Assembly (NCBI RefSeq): GCF_902459465.1
Contig: NC_047072.1
Location: 9,300,001-9,364,000 of the forward strand
DNA: 64,000 bases
Direction: 5' to 3'
From: Asterias rubens
Lineage: Eukaryota
The translations under genes and the position numbers were made by a program. This document shows, piece after piece, positions 37,101-50,300 of this stretch. The notes under the pieces were generated by a model. That model was not told where the DNA came from and made no database searches. It saw only the letters and a list, made by a program, of their open reading frames with translations. Numbering within the stretch: the stretch's first letter is position 1; each line of letters begins with the position of its first letter.

Positions 37101-39564
37101 AGTGGGGGAGTTTACCTTCATCGCCAGCGATGGGGTTGGAAACTTCGGTCGGCAGGGACTTGAGAAGGTCGAACATGCTGCTATGGGTGAGTGTTGCAAA
37201 ATCATTTTGTATTTCTTCTTTTGTATTTCACATTTTGTATTTCTACGAATAAGGTTCTATGAGAAGTTTGCGGTAACACCATTATGAAAATCTCTTTTGA
37301 GAAGTGCTTGTTCTGAGTTGTTAACAACCGGTTCTTTTTAGAACCAGACACTACTCAAAAGAGATTTTCAAATGGTGTTGTCGCAAGCCTCTCTTTCAGT
37401 TATACTAAAAACTTAAAATGTTTTTTTAAAGGACATTATTTTTTTCTTGGATGCAAACAATAATGTTTGCAACGTCATCGGGAAAATTATTTTAGTTTCT
37501 AAAATGCATAAAGAATATTTCTAAACTTGCACCTCCATTTTCTCAGACAAAAGTATAGCAAAAATTAACCGAACGTTCGTATGGATTTTACTCAAGATGT
37601 AGATTGCAAAAGTAGATTGCATATTTGAGTGTTTTCTAATTACTGTCGATGTTTATTTTCCTTTTGAAGGTATGATTACCGTCGTCCCATTCTCAGAGAG
37701 ACTCCAAGACTTCGACACCTTCTTCTACGATTCTCTGAATGCAAACAATCCGAACCCCTGGACAAAGGAGTATCTTGCAGTATACAGCGAGAAGTGCGAC
37801 TTCTTTGGAGTCTGTGGGAACGAGACTGATCTCCTATCCCCGCACGAGACTCTTGTGATTGATAGCGTCATGTCATTTGCGCATGCCCTGAACAGTATGC
37901 TCATCACAGAGTGTGGTGGTTCAGAGAACCTGGAATACTGCCCTCTCGTGGCGAATATAGACGGGAAGCTCTTGCGATCATACCTGATGGAGACAACCTT
38001 CACGAGTTTGTCCAACGGGCAGGTGGCGTTTGATGGGAACGGAGACGGGAAAGTAAGGTACAAGATTCGGAATCTCAACAGCGCATGGGGCTTGACAAGT
38101 TTCAAAGATGTAGGATCTTGGGAAGAGCTAACTGTGTTGGATATCAAGGATTCAAGCATCAGGTTTTACACCAATGATACAGACGGCCTGCCCTTCTTTG
38201 TGCCTCTGTCTGTATGCAGCTCACCATGTCCGCAGGGGTACAGGAAAGAGTTTTTCGACGAGGAGAGGAAGTGCTGTTGGCACTGTATCAAGTGCGTGGA
38301 CAATGCCATTGTCCTCAACCAAACGCTCTGTCAGGAATGCGCACCTCCGGAGTGGCCGGATGCCAATCGCACAGATTGTAGGCCAGTAGATGTATTCTAC
38401 ATGTCATGGGGTACCATCGAAGGCACGGTGGTCACCATCATGAGTGGTGTGGCCTTCTTGGAAGCCATGTTGGTACTACTGTTTTACTTCACGCAGTATA
38501 AACAACGCATCATGAGGAGGTCAGATCCCGTGCTTTGCCTCTTCATTTACGGGGGCATCATACTCGCCACTGTGGCGGCCTTGTCGTCGACCTTCACACC
38601 ATCCCCGGGGCTCTGTGTGGTTACCCGTATGGGTCCGTCCTTTGCCTACTCGCTGATGTTTGCTCCATTCGCAATGAAAAGCACCAGGCTGTATCGAGTA
38701 TTCGCCAAGGCTAAGCAGACCGACTCCGAAGAAGAAGCTGAACTTTGGAGTTTGACGCGGCAGTTGGTTATCTTGGGATTCGTTTGGGCCACAGAGGTGG
38801 GTATTAACTTTAAGATTTACAATCTAATTGAAACATGCATTGCACTGGATAAATTTCGTCAAAACAAGAAGTACAATCCAAGTTTAAAGAGTTGTCATTG
38901 CATTGTCTTTTCTTTTCAGATATGCATAAGCATTGCATGGATCATCGTTTTCCCGCCCGATGTGAGCAACCAGTTTACATTCCAAGATGATTCAACAGGC
39001 GGCGAGTCAGTGAATCTCCTCATAGCTTGCAATATCCAGCTCCACGAGAGTGTAACCGAGATCTGTTTCAGTCTGGTCCTCCTGTTCGTGACCCTGGTCT
39101 TCAGCGTTCTCGCCCGGCAGCTTCCGGACAACTACCACGAGGTCCAGTTCTGCGCGTTTGCGTCGGCGGGCTCCATGCTCGTCATCGTGGGTGCTTACGC
39201 CGCGGGTTTCGGTACCGCCACATCGGCCGTCTCGTCTGTGTCAATCATGTATCGTTCACTCGGAATGATTGCCAACTCCATCCTGATGATGTCATGTATC
39301 TTTATTCCCAAGATGTACGTCATCTTCTTCGTGAGGGGTGACATCAATGACGTTATGCTGCGGAAGAGGCAAAGCGTCGCCATGTCTGGCTACCGCGTGC
39401 GATCATCCACGGGGAGCAGCGTGGCGACACTGAAGAAGAACAACGGGACCGGGGGAGCGGGCAAACGGCGCAGCTTTCGTAGAAGTAAAAGCGCCTGTGA
39501 GTTGACCTTGAATCCGGAGCAAGTTGTTGAACTGAAGGCAATCTCTACCACTCTTAAGGAATAA
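34192..39564 (+). CDS. Class C GPCR, metabotropic glutamate receptor-like (orphan)
   Basis: 5 exons: 34192-34722, 35838-36094, 36978-37186, 37670-38796, 38920-39564. Total 2769 nt = 922 aa + stop. Signal peptide; Venus flytrap domain (GDIILGGFFPLH, VEAM...LLPG..LGFEIYDSC, PQVSY..T, YFFRVVPSD, YGWTYV, SDG); 9-Cys domain (SVCSSPC...CCWHCIKC...CQEC...C); 7TM with KSTRLYRVF and FIPKMY. Confidence 0.93.
36554..36947. mobile_element. TTAA-flanked near-palindromic foldback MITE, family E
   Basis: TTAA|AGGAACACGTTG...CAACGTGTTCCT|TTAA; imperfect inverted arms of about 175 bp around a spacer of about 30 bp. Confidence 0.85.
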
Positions 39565-40307
39565 CACTCATTGCTTGTCAAAGTAGTATAATGGGCTTCT
39601 TTAGATTAAAAACTGTCTTTTGAAATTTAAAAAAAAAGTATACAATTAAAAAACCAAAGGGAAGCGATCGCGGCTTCAAAAGGGGCGAATGTTTTTACCT
39701 TTGGAGTTATTTACAAACATTTGTTGATAATTTGGACAATAACACGGCTCAGAAATCGTCTGTTTTAAGATCTTTATTAATCTTTTGACAAAAATGTAAG
39801 ACCATGCAAGTTTACTCGAGATTTAGGCAACCTAAAAGTACATAAATAACAAAATCGATGTTTTTAAATTTGTTGTTATGATTATGTTGGGTGTTGTCAA
39901 AAGCTAGACTGGGGAGCTGAATCTGGAGCCGAAGCCGTGGTTTCCAAAGGGGACATAGTTTGCCAACCAGTTATAGTGTTAAGGCGCACGTGTACAGTTG
40001 ACACAATCGAATAATGAAAGAGACCAATTCTAAAATTACTATACTAATATTGTTGCCAGGAGTATAGATAATACCAGAATGGTTGATTAATTTGTAATTC
40101 GGTGATCAAAGTTCCATCATTCAGTTATAAACAACTTTTTAACGATTATTCATTCGGGAAAAAAATCAAACCCATTCTACACTATGATTTTGTTTTACAA
40201 TTATTTTTTATCCAATGGCACATAGCACAAATAGCAGGATGAGTACTAACGGTGCGAAACGAAAAGAAACTGAGTAGCTCGCACGTCTTCCAGAATCTCC
40301 TTGAACT

Positions 40308-43300
40308 TTATTTAGGTTGAACAAGGTTCTGTGAATATTTGGTCTCCTTGTGGTCATTGTCGAGGGGAGCCAGGCTAGCGTCGCTGCCGAGGAGCCAGTG
40401 CTTGTTGAGGTCCGGGGTGTACCGAGAAGCCGGTGGTTTACGGCCAAGGCTCTCGGCAAGGCTACGGGTGTAGTGAGCGGAGTTACCGCAGCAAAGACCT
40501 ACGTACTTGATGCCCAGTTCCTGAATGCGCTTGCCGAAGTTGTGGACGTCCGTGCGGTTGCACTGGACGCAGTCAAGATCCAGGGGGAAGATCGGCTTGT
40601 CTGCAGGCAAGAACGAAAACGGTGAAGTGTGATATGGGGTATAAAGGACAGTGTTTCTGCAGGAGTTAAAGGCAGTGGACACTATTGGTGATTGTCAAAA
40701 TCCAGTCTTCTCACTTGGTGTATCTCAACATGTACATAAAATAACAAACCTGAGCTCGATTGGTCGTCGGAGTTGCGAGATAACTATGAAAGATAAACAC
40801 ACCCCTGTCACACGAAGTTGTGTACTTTCAGATGCTTGATTTCGAGACCTCAAGTTGTAAACTTGAGGTCTCGAATTCAAATTCGTGGAAAATTACTTCT
40901 TTCTCGAAAACTACATCACTTTAGAGGGAGCCGTTTCTCACAAGGTTTTATGCTATCAACCTCTCCCTATTACTAGTTACCAATTAAGGTTTTATGCTAA
41001 TAATTATTTTGAGCAATTACCAATAGTGTCCTTTAATGCTTTAATGCTGCGCACAGCTGGCTGTGGTTGTCCCAGTCATAATTGCCAGTCTTTTTTTAAT
41101 TTGTATGTGTATACACTGACATGAAAACAACCAGTGTTTGTGGTCAATACTAATGTGTCAAAAGTTTGGGTAAGTCGATGTTGCAGGAAAATATGTCCGC
41201 CCGCCGGAGGTTCTGTCCACTCTGGGAAGTTGACATTGGCTGAAGGAGGATGATTCAAAAGAGGGCACTATAAGAAGTTTGGGCACATTTCGCCTCATTG
41301 GAGGTGGGGGGGGGGGGGGGTTGCAGAATCTCCTGCCTTCGGTTTAGGTGGAAAATATTGTGGTTTACCTGTTTGCGGATCTTTTAAAGATATGAAGTTG
41401 GGATACTCCTCAGTGGTTCTATACAGCACGGGTACTGCTGCAAGTGGTGCCTGCATGACATTGGGTTATAAAGATACATATGTTAGTTTTGGTGAGGACT
41501 GGTAACCCCTAACACTAATTGATGGCATATTATTATTGTACTATATATAATTTCACCCGGAAGGTAATTTTAAAACGATAGTATTTCACCTTGGATAACG
41601 CGTTAGTTTGACCCATTTCTCGTCGTTGTGACAAAATATTTAGGTTTTCTAGAAAAAGAAACAAGCAAGTGAACGAACACACGACAGCCCCCACCACCAC
41701 CCTCCCCACTAAATGCAGGTGAAAATAAATCCCAACAGAACTCCCGGTACCAGACGTACAATTTTGTAGGTTATGCAATTATAGCGAGGTATACCGCCAC
41801 AACCCACCTTGCATTCCGTTACTGCCCGTTCGACAACGTTCAGCATAGTCACTGGACCCATGGCGCAGTTCAGCCCCACCACATCAGCCCCTGCCGCTGC
41901 CAGACGATTCATGGCATCACAGATTTCCACGCCGTCTATGGTTGCCCGTTTACCGTTGATAACCGTTTTCTGGCACGCGATGGTCACTACGCAGGGGAGA
42001 CCTAACGATTATGGGTGACACCAGAAATGATCGTATGTCAAAAACGTCTGATTTTCGCAGTTGTTATAAACCCTATGAATGTGCGTGTGGTGACATTAGT
42101 CTTCACCAACTATTTTTATTAAATGAGTCAGGGCGTGGCTATTTACCGCTAGTCCTTGTTTTCGCTTTGATAAGACCACACGGGAAACTTTACAGATTTT
42201 GAAATAGAATAAAATTGTACTCAAAAATATTGTACTCCAAATACAGAGCTTATTTGAAAGTTTTTGGGTCTATACGAATGTTTTGTGATTGTTTACCATT
42301 AATAGCTAAATCTATCGAACTCGGAGAGATACCAACTTACCTTTACCGAACTTCTTGCAAGCTTCAACAGCCAGTAATGCTTCACCACAAGTGTCGTAGG
42401 TTTCTCCTACAATGAAATCTGCACCACACTCTACTGCCCATTCTATCTGTTCCTGTAATAAGCATTAGGACAACAGACAATGTTATTTTTATTTTACGTA
42501 ATGAACCTGATGAGGGAAACGCCAGAAAACATTCAATGTTTAACTTGATTGCATGGTGTAAATATTCCCGTTGTTTTTGTGTGTAGTTTGGGTAGTGTAG
42601 ATTCAGATTTTCTTTGATTAAAATTACAAGTTTTGCTACTCAATATCGCGCAGTCTGAATCAAAGTACCAATTCGAATAGACTTAACACTGTGCACTATA
42701 AAATCTATATTATGCATGAGGTCAAAATGCACCCTCAACTCAAGACAAAGGACGAAATGTTACGATCTTACGTTTGCAGTTGGGACGCGAACTTGGAATT
42801 TAGTAGGCTTTAAACATAGGCCCTTTTCAAATCCACGGCTTCGGCTCGAGGGGGAGTCCTGATTCGGCTCAGGCTAGCTTGGCCCGCGGTTGTTATGACG
42901 ATTGCGCGTGATTTGCATAGGCGCTCATAAGCCGAATCCAAAGCCGAAGCCGTGGTTTCGAAAAGGGCCTAGACTCATAAAGGCAAGGCATTTGAACTTG
43001 GACGTTAAACGCAAGGGTACGTTTTCGGATCGAACACTCTGATTATGGGACTCGACAACAGGACTGGACTCTATAGGCCTGACTTTAAAAATCGTGTTGC
43101 TAAAATCTCATGTTTTTATTAGCATAGGCTACGTGAAGTTACCATTTTCACGTCAGGCACGTACATGTACGTTCATGATCACGACCCGTCGTGAGCACGA
43201 AATAAGCCCAAAGTGATGACGTCAATTCAACCCAAAACGACACATTTTTTTTCACGTTCACGTTCACGTGCTTGCTCGCGAAACATGCAGCTAAACCTCC

Positions 43301-45197
43301 CTAATAGTATTACCTTAAACATGTTCATTATTTTCTCACGATAGTTTGGCACTGTGTCCACAAATATGTTGGAGTTGCTGATGTTTCCCGCCATTAGCGT
43401 CCCAGTCTCGTCTGCAACTTCACGTGCCATGCGCAGAGCCTTTTTGTTGATCGCCTCCAGTTCATGTTCACGACCAATCAGTGCCATCTTTTCCCTGTGT
43501 GCATAGTACTAAAAATTACAAAGCTATTAAATTTTAAGTTCTAAAAAGAGTGTTTACTATAGAGCAAGACTAACATCTCCCTACGTTTGTCAATATCTTA
43601 ATATTGTTCGGTGGCCAATGCACTAAATAACTGCCGCAAGTGAACAAAGAATTACTACGTAGTAAGTATACCTATTTTTCTTTCGTTAATTTTGTGCAAC
43701 TTCGATGGCCACAATAATGGGCCCAAAGGTTCACAGGTTTGTTATTGTATGCATGTTTTGGATACATCAAGCGGGGATATTTGTCTTTGACAATATTATT
43801 ACGAAAAGTCACTGCCTAGACACCCAAGGATAGCCCAACTGTGCTGAAAACTACTCGACTTCTGTGCTTACAGTAAACGCCAACACTACGTCACTTCCAG
43901 CGTGAACGAATTCCTCATACTGCTGCCTGACCAACTCCGGATGTTCAATGACTACTTCCGGGACGAATGACCCAGCCGTCAAGTAACCGCGACGCTCAAA
44001 CACGAAGAGGTAGCCCTCTGCGCAGATTACAGTCTCCCCGTCACGCAAACGCTCCAGGAGACCTAGAGTGGATGGAAAAACGACAAAGTGACGGGGGGGG
44101 GGATCGAGAAAAAAAAACACCAAAAAACAATAACCTCAACAATTAAACAGTTTGTGGCATTATAGACAAGTTTTTCTCGAACTTCTATTTTGACCTGAAA
44201 GGTTTGAGTCTTTCTCAAAGGCTATGGCCTTGAGAAAGACTCGCGAAGGTAAAAACGTTAGCCCACTAGCAATTTTGTGTGCATGTTGGAAAGCTTTTTT
44301 TTTACACCCCCCCCCCCCGGCCATTGGATAATATTTTGCGACCTTCGCACTGTCACACTTCACAGCTTTTTGCAGGCTTTGTCCTTGAGCATGAGTAAAG
44401 GTAGTTGTTAGCCTGATACAATACTATACATGTAGTGCTTTTGTACAGAGGTTTCTCTATGCTATCGGCCTATACAAACAAATTTAGCTATTTATCGCAA
44501 TATATCTATATGACTTTTCGAAAGGTCAGGTCAAACAGAGTTGCATATTTAGATACTAGGTATGCTACGGAAGCGTATTGTGTCGTCACATGAATAAAAA
44601 CAACAGTAACTTATCGTGTACGTAAAATGACAAGTCAAATTGTGTTTTTGGAGTGAGAGACTGGTACAACTTGATTTTTGAGTGAAGTTCGTTCCAATTT
44701 CACTCAAAACAGTGGCACAGATTGACCTTCACTCTCACAAGAGTGGAACTGCCAGTACCACTCGCGGACAAGAAAGTAAAAAACTTCACTCTTGTACCTG
44801 TAACTATTGTGTACGTACATGATAAATCCCAACTTGTCGTGTATACGTACATTATAGCTCATCGTGTACGTACACGATAAGGTAGTGTTTGTTCTTATTA
44901 ATTTTATGTGCATTGCGGCATTTCCGTAAGCCGCAATTTGCAACAGCTAAACGATCTATCTTGACGTGTAAATAAAAGTTGACACCAATATTGTCAGTTG
45001 TAGCTGCATGACACTTACTATTAGATCCAGAACAGTTTCCACCAAACCATGTCAAAAAAAGTTTGCAATGCCTATTATTATTATGCTAACCCAAAGTGAC
45101 TATAAAGTCGAACATGGAGCAAAGATCAGTCTAGGTGTGTCCGAAAAATCTGAATTATAGCACTCTTACCTTTGCAAGGTTTTTTAGTTCCCTCCAT
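40308..45197 (-). CDS. BHMT: Betaine-homocysteine S-methyltransferase-like (homocysteine S-methyltransferase family)
   Basis: 7 exons: 45197-45170, 44062-43872, 43508-43314, 42452-42341, 42001-41808, 41450-41369, 40600-40308. Total 1095 nt = 364 aa + stop. [33 protein letters not shown]; Zn ligands GLNC and GLCCG. Confidence 0.92.
40666..41036 (+). mobile_element. TTAA-flanked MITE, family A (BHMT last intron)
   Basis: Left TIR intact, right TIR slightly shortened, TTAA on both sides. Confidence 0.85.
42819..42969. mobile_element. TA-flanked MITE (Tc1/mariner-like target)
   Basis: TA|GGCCCTTTTC...CCACGGCTTCGGCT and AGCCGAAGCCGTGG...GAAAAGGGCC|TA; one-arm fragment at about 39926-39950. Confidence 0.75.
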
Positions 45198-47372
45198 TCC
45201 GATCCTCAATCTGGCTTAACTAGGTGAATCTGCCACTCCCCCTGAGACCTGGTGAAAAGGGGACAATATACTTGTTGTTTGTACACGAACTACATGTGAC
45301 TGGGTCTCGCAGTTTTTAAGCCCATGAATATTGTTGTTGGGATGATGACGTTTCGTGGACATGATCACCCCATGACGGGAGGTACTGGACTGGAACGGTC
45401 GTCTATACAAGGGATAAGCATTATTCTACTAAGTTAGAAGTAGACTACCCAATGTAAAAAAAAAAAAAAACACCTATAGTGCTTTATAGCGCTTGATTAA
45501 TTTTAGGGGCCCCTGAATTTTTTTTTAAACACCCATAATGGGAGCTGAAGGAGGGTGTTTCAAAAGAGGGCGAGGCGAAGCCGAGGGAACTAGTTTGTCA
45601 ACTTCCATAACCGAGGGGAGCTAATAATCAACTAGTCACACGAAAGAAACCATGTTATATTTGTTTTACTATACTTCATACATATGCAGTTACCGTTGCA
45701 AATTATATGAGCAAGAGGAAATGACGACTAAAATAAAATGCATTCTGGATAATTTTGTTCATTAACTTTTTTTAGTTTCTGCACTTTATGAGCACACAAA
45801 CTGGCTCTGATGAACACAAAAACTTACTGAATCTCTGATTCATAAATAAAAACAGGGAAGGTACAAAATGGATCTAGCTCAGTCCATTAATGTTCACGTA
45901 TTAATGTTTCAGCTGTTATAAAATTGTCCACGATCGCATGACAAGTAGAAAAGTTCCCAGGGAACTATTTAAACTTGTCATGCGCATAATTTCACTTGCG
46001 TGAATACTCACGTGCGCGCTTGGTATAGCTAGCACAATTAACACCTGGCGCGTGATGGTGAATGGACCAATGAGAACTCGACTCTCGGTCATGAATATGT
46101 TTGAGGTATAGTAAATCAGAATAAGTCTCAGATCACAGTTCACCGTATATGGGAGAAACTATCTCCTGTTCCCAGAAACAGTACACTGGAGCACTGGTAT
46201 AGAAACAAATCGTCAAAGATTTTGATGTCAAAACAGACCAAAACGAATTGTAACAACATCCAAAATGGTAGCCTACTTTTCAGAGAATGAGTTGCTTCCG
46301 AGAAGGGTGCACCGTGCGCCATTACTCTGATTATCGTAGCTTATTATCGGAATTGTGTCGGCCCTAAATATATTTTGAATAATGACGTTTTGGTGGTCAC
46401 TGTGTAAATAGTTATTATAACAATCTACCCGAACCAGTGGGGTTCTGTGCTGCAACGTTTGAGGAGATTTGATAAATTTAGGCTTTTTTTAATTTGTCTT
46501 GGAAATGGCAGGATGCCTCAGTGGAAACTGGCAGCGAGTCAGTTTTGTAAAAAGGACACTTTCATTATTTTGTCGTTTTTTTGTTAGGGTAATAGGCAAA
46601 AACTACAAACGGTTGACCTACAAAAAAGTAAAATGAAATTTGATGTTTAGTTGCCTGCAAAAATATCTGATTGGTTTAGAAGGGGCTGAGAGACCAAATT
46701 AATAATAATAACAATTATTAATTTTGTTGAGTCACCGAGAGTGCTCCAACTGATGAGTATTATTTTTGCATCAGTGGTGGTGCGCACCCGAAAGCCAGTT
46801 TTTACTCTGAGTTTTTACAGAGCCGTATATTGGGAGAGTTGCGACATGGGGGGACCAGTTATTTCTTCTTCCCAGTGTTTTGTCCTGTACATTCTTATGT
46901 AAACAGTTATTAAATATTCAAGAGTTAAGAAGTTCAGAAATGACATGGTCCACATTTGTCACTGTATTGTATTGTGTTTACACAGTCGCCGACTGACTCA
47001 GCATGAGTTCAGTCAGTGTCATAACAAACTTTTCAATACAACTTTAACGTACAAGTTCCTGGGTGGAAGGTTAAACGATTTTATATCACTACCTGAATGG
47101 CAGTACATTGTTTCCCTGCTGATCTGCTCAAAACTAAAGAAGAATCTCTGTTTTTACTCGATACAAAACGATGGATTTTGTTCGTGTGCGCGAGGTAACC
47201 GGGTCATCGTGGGACGTCGCATCCTACATGTTTAATTTGCGGTGTAGTCCACGTTAGTCTGGTCCCGCGCGTTTGTTTTGGACACAATGGCTTCTAATCG
47301 CAAGAGTTTTGTTAACCAATGGCGCCCTCTTGCGACAAGGGACCGCCGAGCACTAGAGGCCAGCGCAACAAA

Positions 47373-50300
47373 ATGGCAGCCTCCATGGTTATAGTTTTTC
47401 TGTTCATTTCGCTATTGCACCTGTCAAAATATTGCATTCCTCACATCGTGAAACAAGTAAGTAAGCTTCATTGAGTTGAAATCCGAGATGTTAGACGAGT
47501 GGTTATATAATTGGGCCTGAGATTTGCTTAATTTTTTTGCTTAAGCAGCTCTATGAAATTGGCCACTGGTGGTGTGGCTATCCCGTACTTGTTGTTGTAA
47601 ATTGTAGGCCTATCCTGATTCCTAATCCTACTGTCACAAATTCTCTGGGAAAAGTTTCCGTATGGCGCCACCACTTTTTCATTCGATATGAAATAATATA
47701 GTATCTAATTTACCTCAATGAGATATCCCTTTTTGTAAAAATGAGTGAAAAAGTGGTGGCGCCATACGGAAAGTTATCCATTCTCTGTTTTAAATAAAAT
47801 TAAAAGTGTGTTTTGGAAAATGTACGGGATAACTTTCCGTATGGCGCCACCACTTTTTCACTAATTTTTACAAAAAGGGATATCTCATTGAGGTAAATTA
47901 GATACTATATTATTTCATATCGAATGAAAAAGTTGTGGCGCCATACGGAAACTTTTCCAATGTACGATTTTAAATGGAAAGGTTTAAAAATTGTATAATT
48001 TGATAAGCGTGGGGAAATTAGGTCCAACAAAACACATCATTCAAACTTCAAAGACTGAAAAAAAGTCTTGTCAGATTCATCAGTTTATTTGTTCAAATAT
48101 ACAGGCAGAGTGGATGCCATTACCGGCAATGTTTTTCTAACGTAAGCCCTTTTAAATGGGCAAATCTTGTAGAGCCCATCTGTGATGGGTACTTACAATG
48201 ACATGTAGGTAGCTGATATGATATAATGCATCAAGTTAGCTAAAGGATCCCACAGTTTAATACCTAGCTCGCAGCTATAATTAGTGTCTTGCTTAAGGAC
48301 ACACAATCTTGAGCCTAGTTGCTCTTTTCTGCTCGGCCACGGCACACCACATGTTCACTGAGCATGCAGCATTGTAAGATTATCAAAAATTACGTTTTAA
48401 ATACTATCTTTGTAGGTAATGAGATATGTATTTGGAGAGAAACAGGAGGAGGGAAGAAAGAAAGCGGAATTGATGCAATTACAAGAGGAGCAATCACAAC
48501 TGAACGTCAAAGAGGACTTCCCCAAATATGCCAGGATCGAGAGAAAAATCAACAAGATAAAAGATGATATGAAAAAACTCAGTGAGTGTTATTGAAATTT
48601 ACCCTCTTTCCTTTAAAGCCATTGGACACTTTCGGTAAACAGTATTTTCCAAAGGCCAACACTTCGTGTATCACAACTTAAATATAAAATAAAAAACCTG
48701 TGAAAATTTAGGCTCAATCGGTCATCGGAGTCGGGAGAAAACCCACCCTTGTTTCCGCACGTTTCGCCGTGTCATGACATGTGTTTAAAATAAATCCTTA
48801 ATTCTCGATATCGAGAATTGATTATTTTTTTAATGTTTTCTCAAAAAGTAAAGCATTTCATGGAATACTATTTCAAGAGAAGTCTTTCACCATTACCTTC
48901 TGTAAACCCTGTACCCTATTTGTAAATCTGTGAACTTTATTTTGTTTCTGTGCCGAAAGTGTCCAATGGCTTTAAAGATAGGCCCTAATGTAGTCAATAT
49001 GAGCAAGTCTGTTGATGGGTTGTCTGATATGGAGGAGGTAGGCTTGTATGTGTGGACAGTCGCAATCATGGGTACACATTTTGTGTCCATTTTATGGACA
49101 AGAGGTGTGAATCCAGTGATGTAGCTATGGCAGTTATCTCAATGTTATTGGTGAGTTTATTATGACTACTGTGCTCGAAGAGTTAGTTATCTGTTGGTCT
49201 TTGTAACAAAAAGTTTTGCAGTGGTCGTGGCTGTGCAGTTTGCATGCGTGTGATTTTAGACATTGCATTAAGGAGTGTCAAATTATCGGAACTTGGGTTT
49301 TTCCTAGTTCAGATAAGAGCTTGTCCTGCTGTTCAATCTAGTTACTCCAAGATTCTTGTAGACAGAAACCTGGGTACTTATACATGTACCTTCATCTTGT
49401 AATTATCTTCATTTTGAAATCCAAACCTACATGAACTTGTGCCTCTCGCAAACCATTTGTTCAAATTTGTTTTCCTTCTTGCCAATCCTTTAACTCCAGG
49501 GCAAGGCAAAACTGCCAAGACGTTCACCTTCAGTTGGGGTCTTACTCTAGCTCTCAATGCACTGCAGGTAAGGTTGTCAGGTTTTTCATCAAGAATGTGA
49601 ACATGTTTGCTCAGGATCAGAGCGAGCAACTACTGCTTAAAGGCAGTGGACACTATTGGTAATTACTCAAAATAACTATTAGTATAAAACCTTTCTTGGT
49701 GACAAGTAATGGGGAGAGGTTGGCATAAAACATTGTGAGAAACAGCTCCCTCTAAAGTGCCATAGTTTTGGAGAAAGAAGAGTAATTGTCCACAAATTTG
49801 ATTTCGAGACCTCAGATTTAGAACTTGAGGTCTCGAAATCAACCATCTAAACACACACAACTTCGTGTGACAAGGGTGTTTTCTTCTTTCATTATTATCT
49901 CGCAACTTCGACGACCAATTGAGCTCAAATTTTCACAGGTTTGTTATTGTATGCATATGTTGAGATACACCAACTGTGAAGGCTAGTCTTTGACAATAAC
50001 CAATAGTGTCCACTGCCTTTAAATTCATTAGCTTAATACTTATCATCACCAAGCAAGAAAGGAGGGACCCCCCCCCAACCTAAGATTTCAGATTCCCTGG
50101 ATCTTTTGTTCACAGCCTAGGAGATTTTCTCCCCAACAGTTACCCAGGCCCATGTTTCACACTGTCCATTCCTAGGTCCCTTTTCCACTGGGTTTCGGTG
50201 TCAGGTTTCAAGAATACCCCAGGGTTTTAGCTGACCCCTACCTTCATACCTTAGAGCAGGGGTGGCTGTTCCAAAGGGTTTGCCCATTTACCTATTGAGC

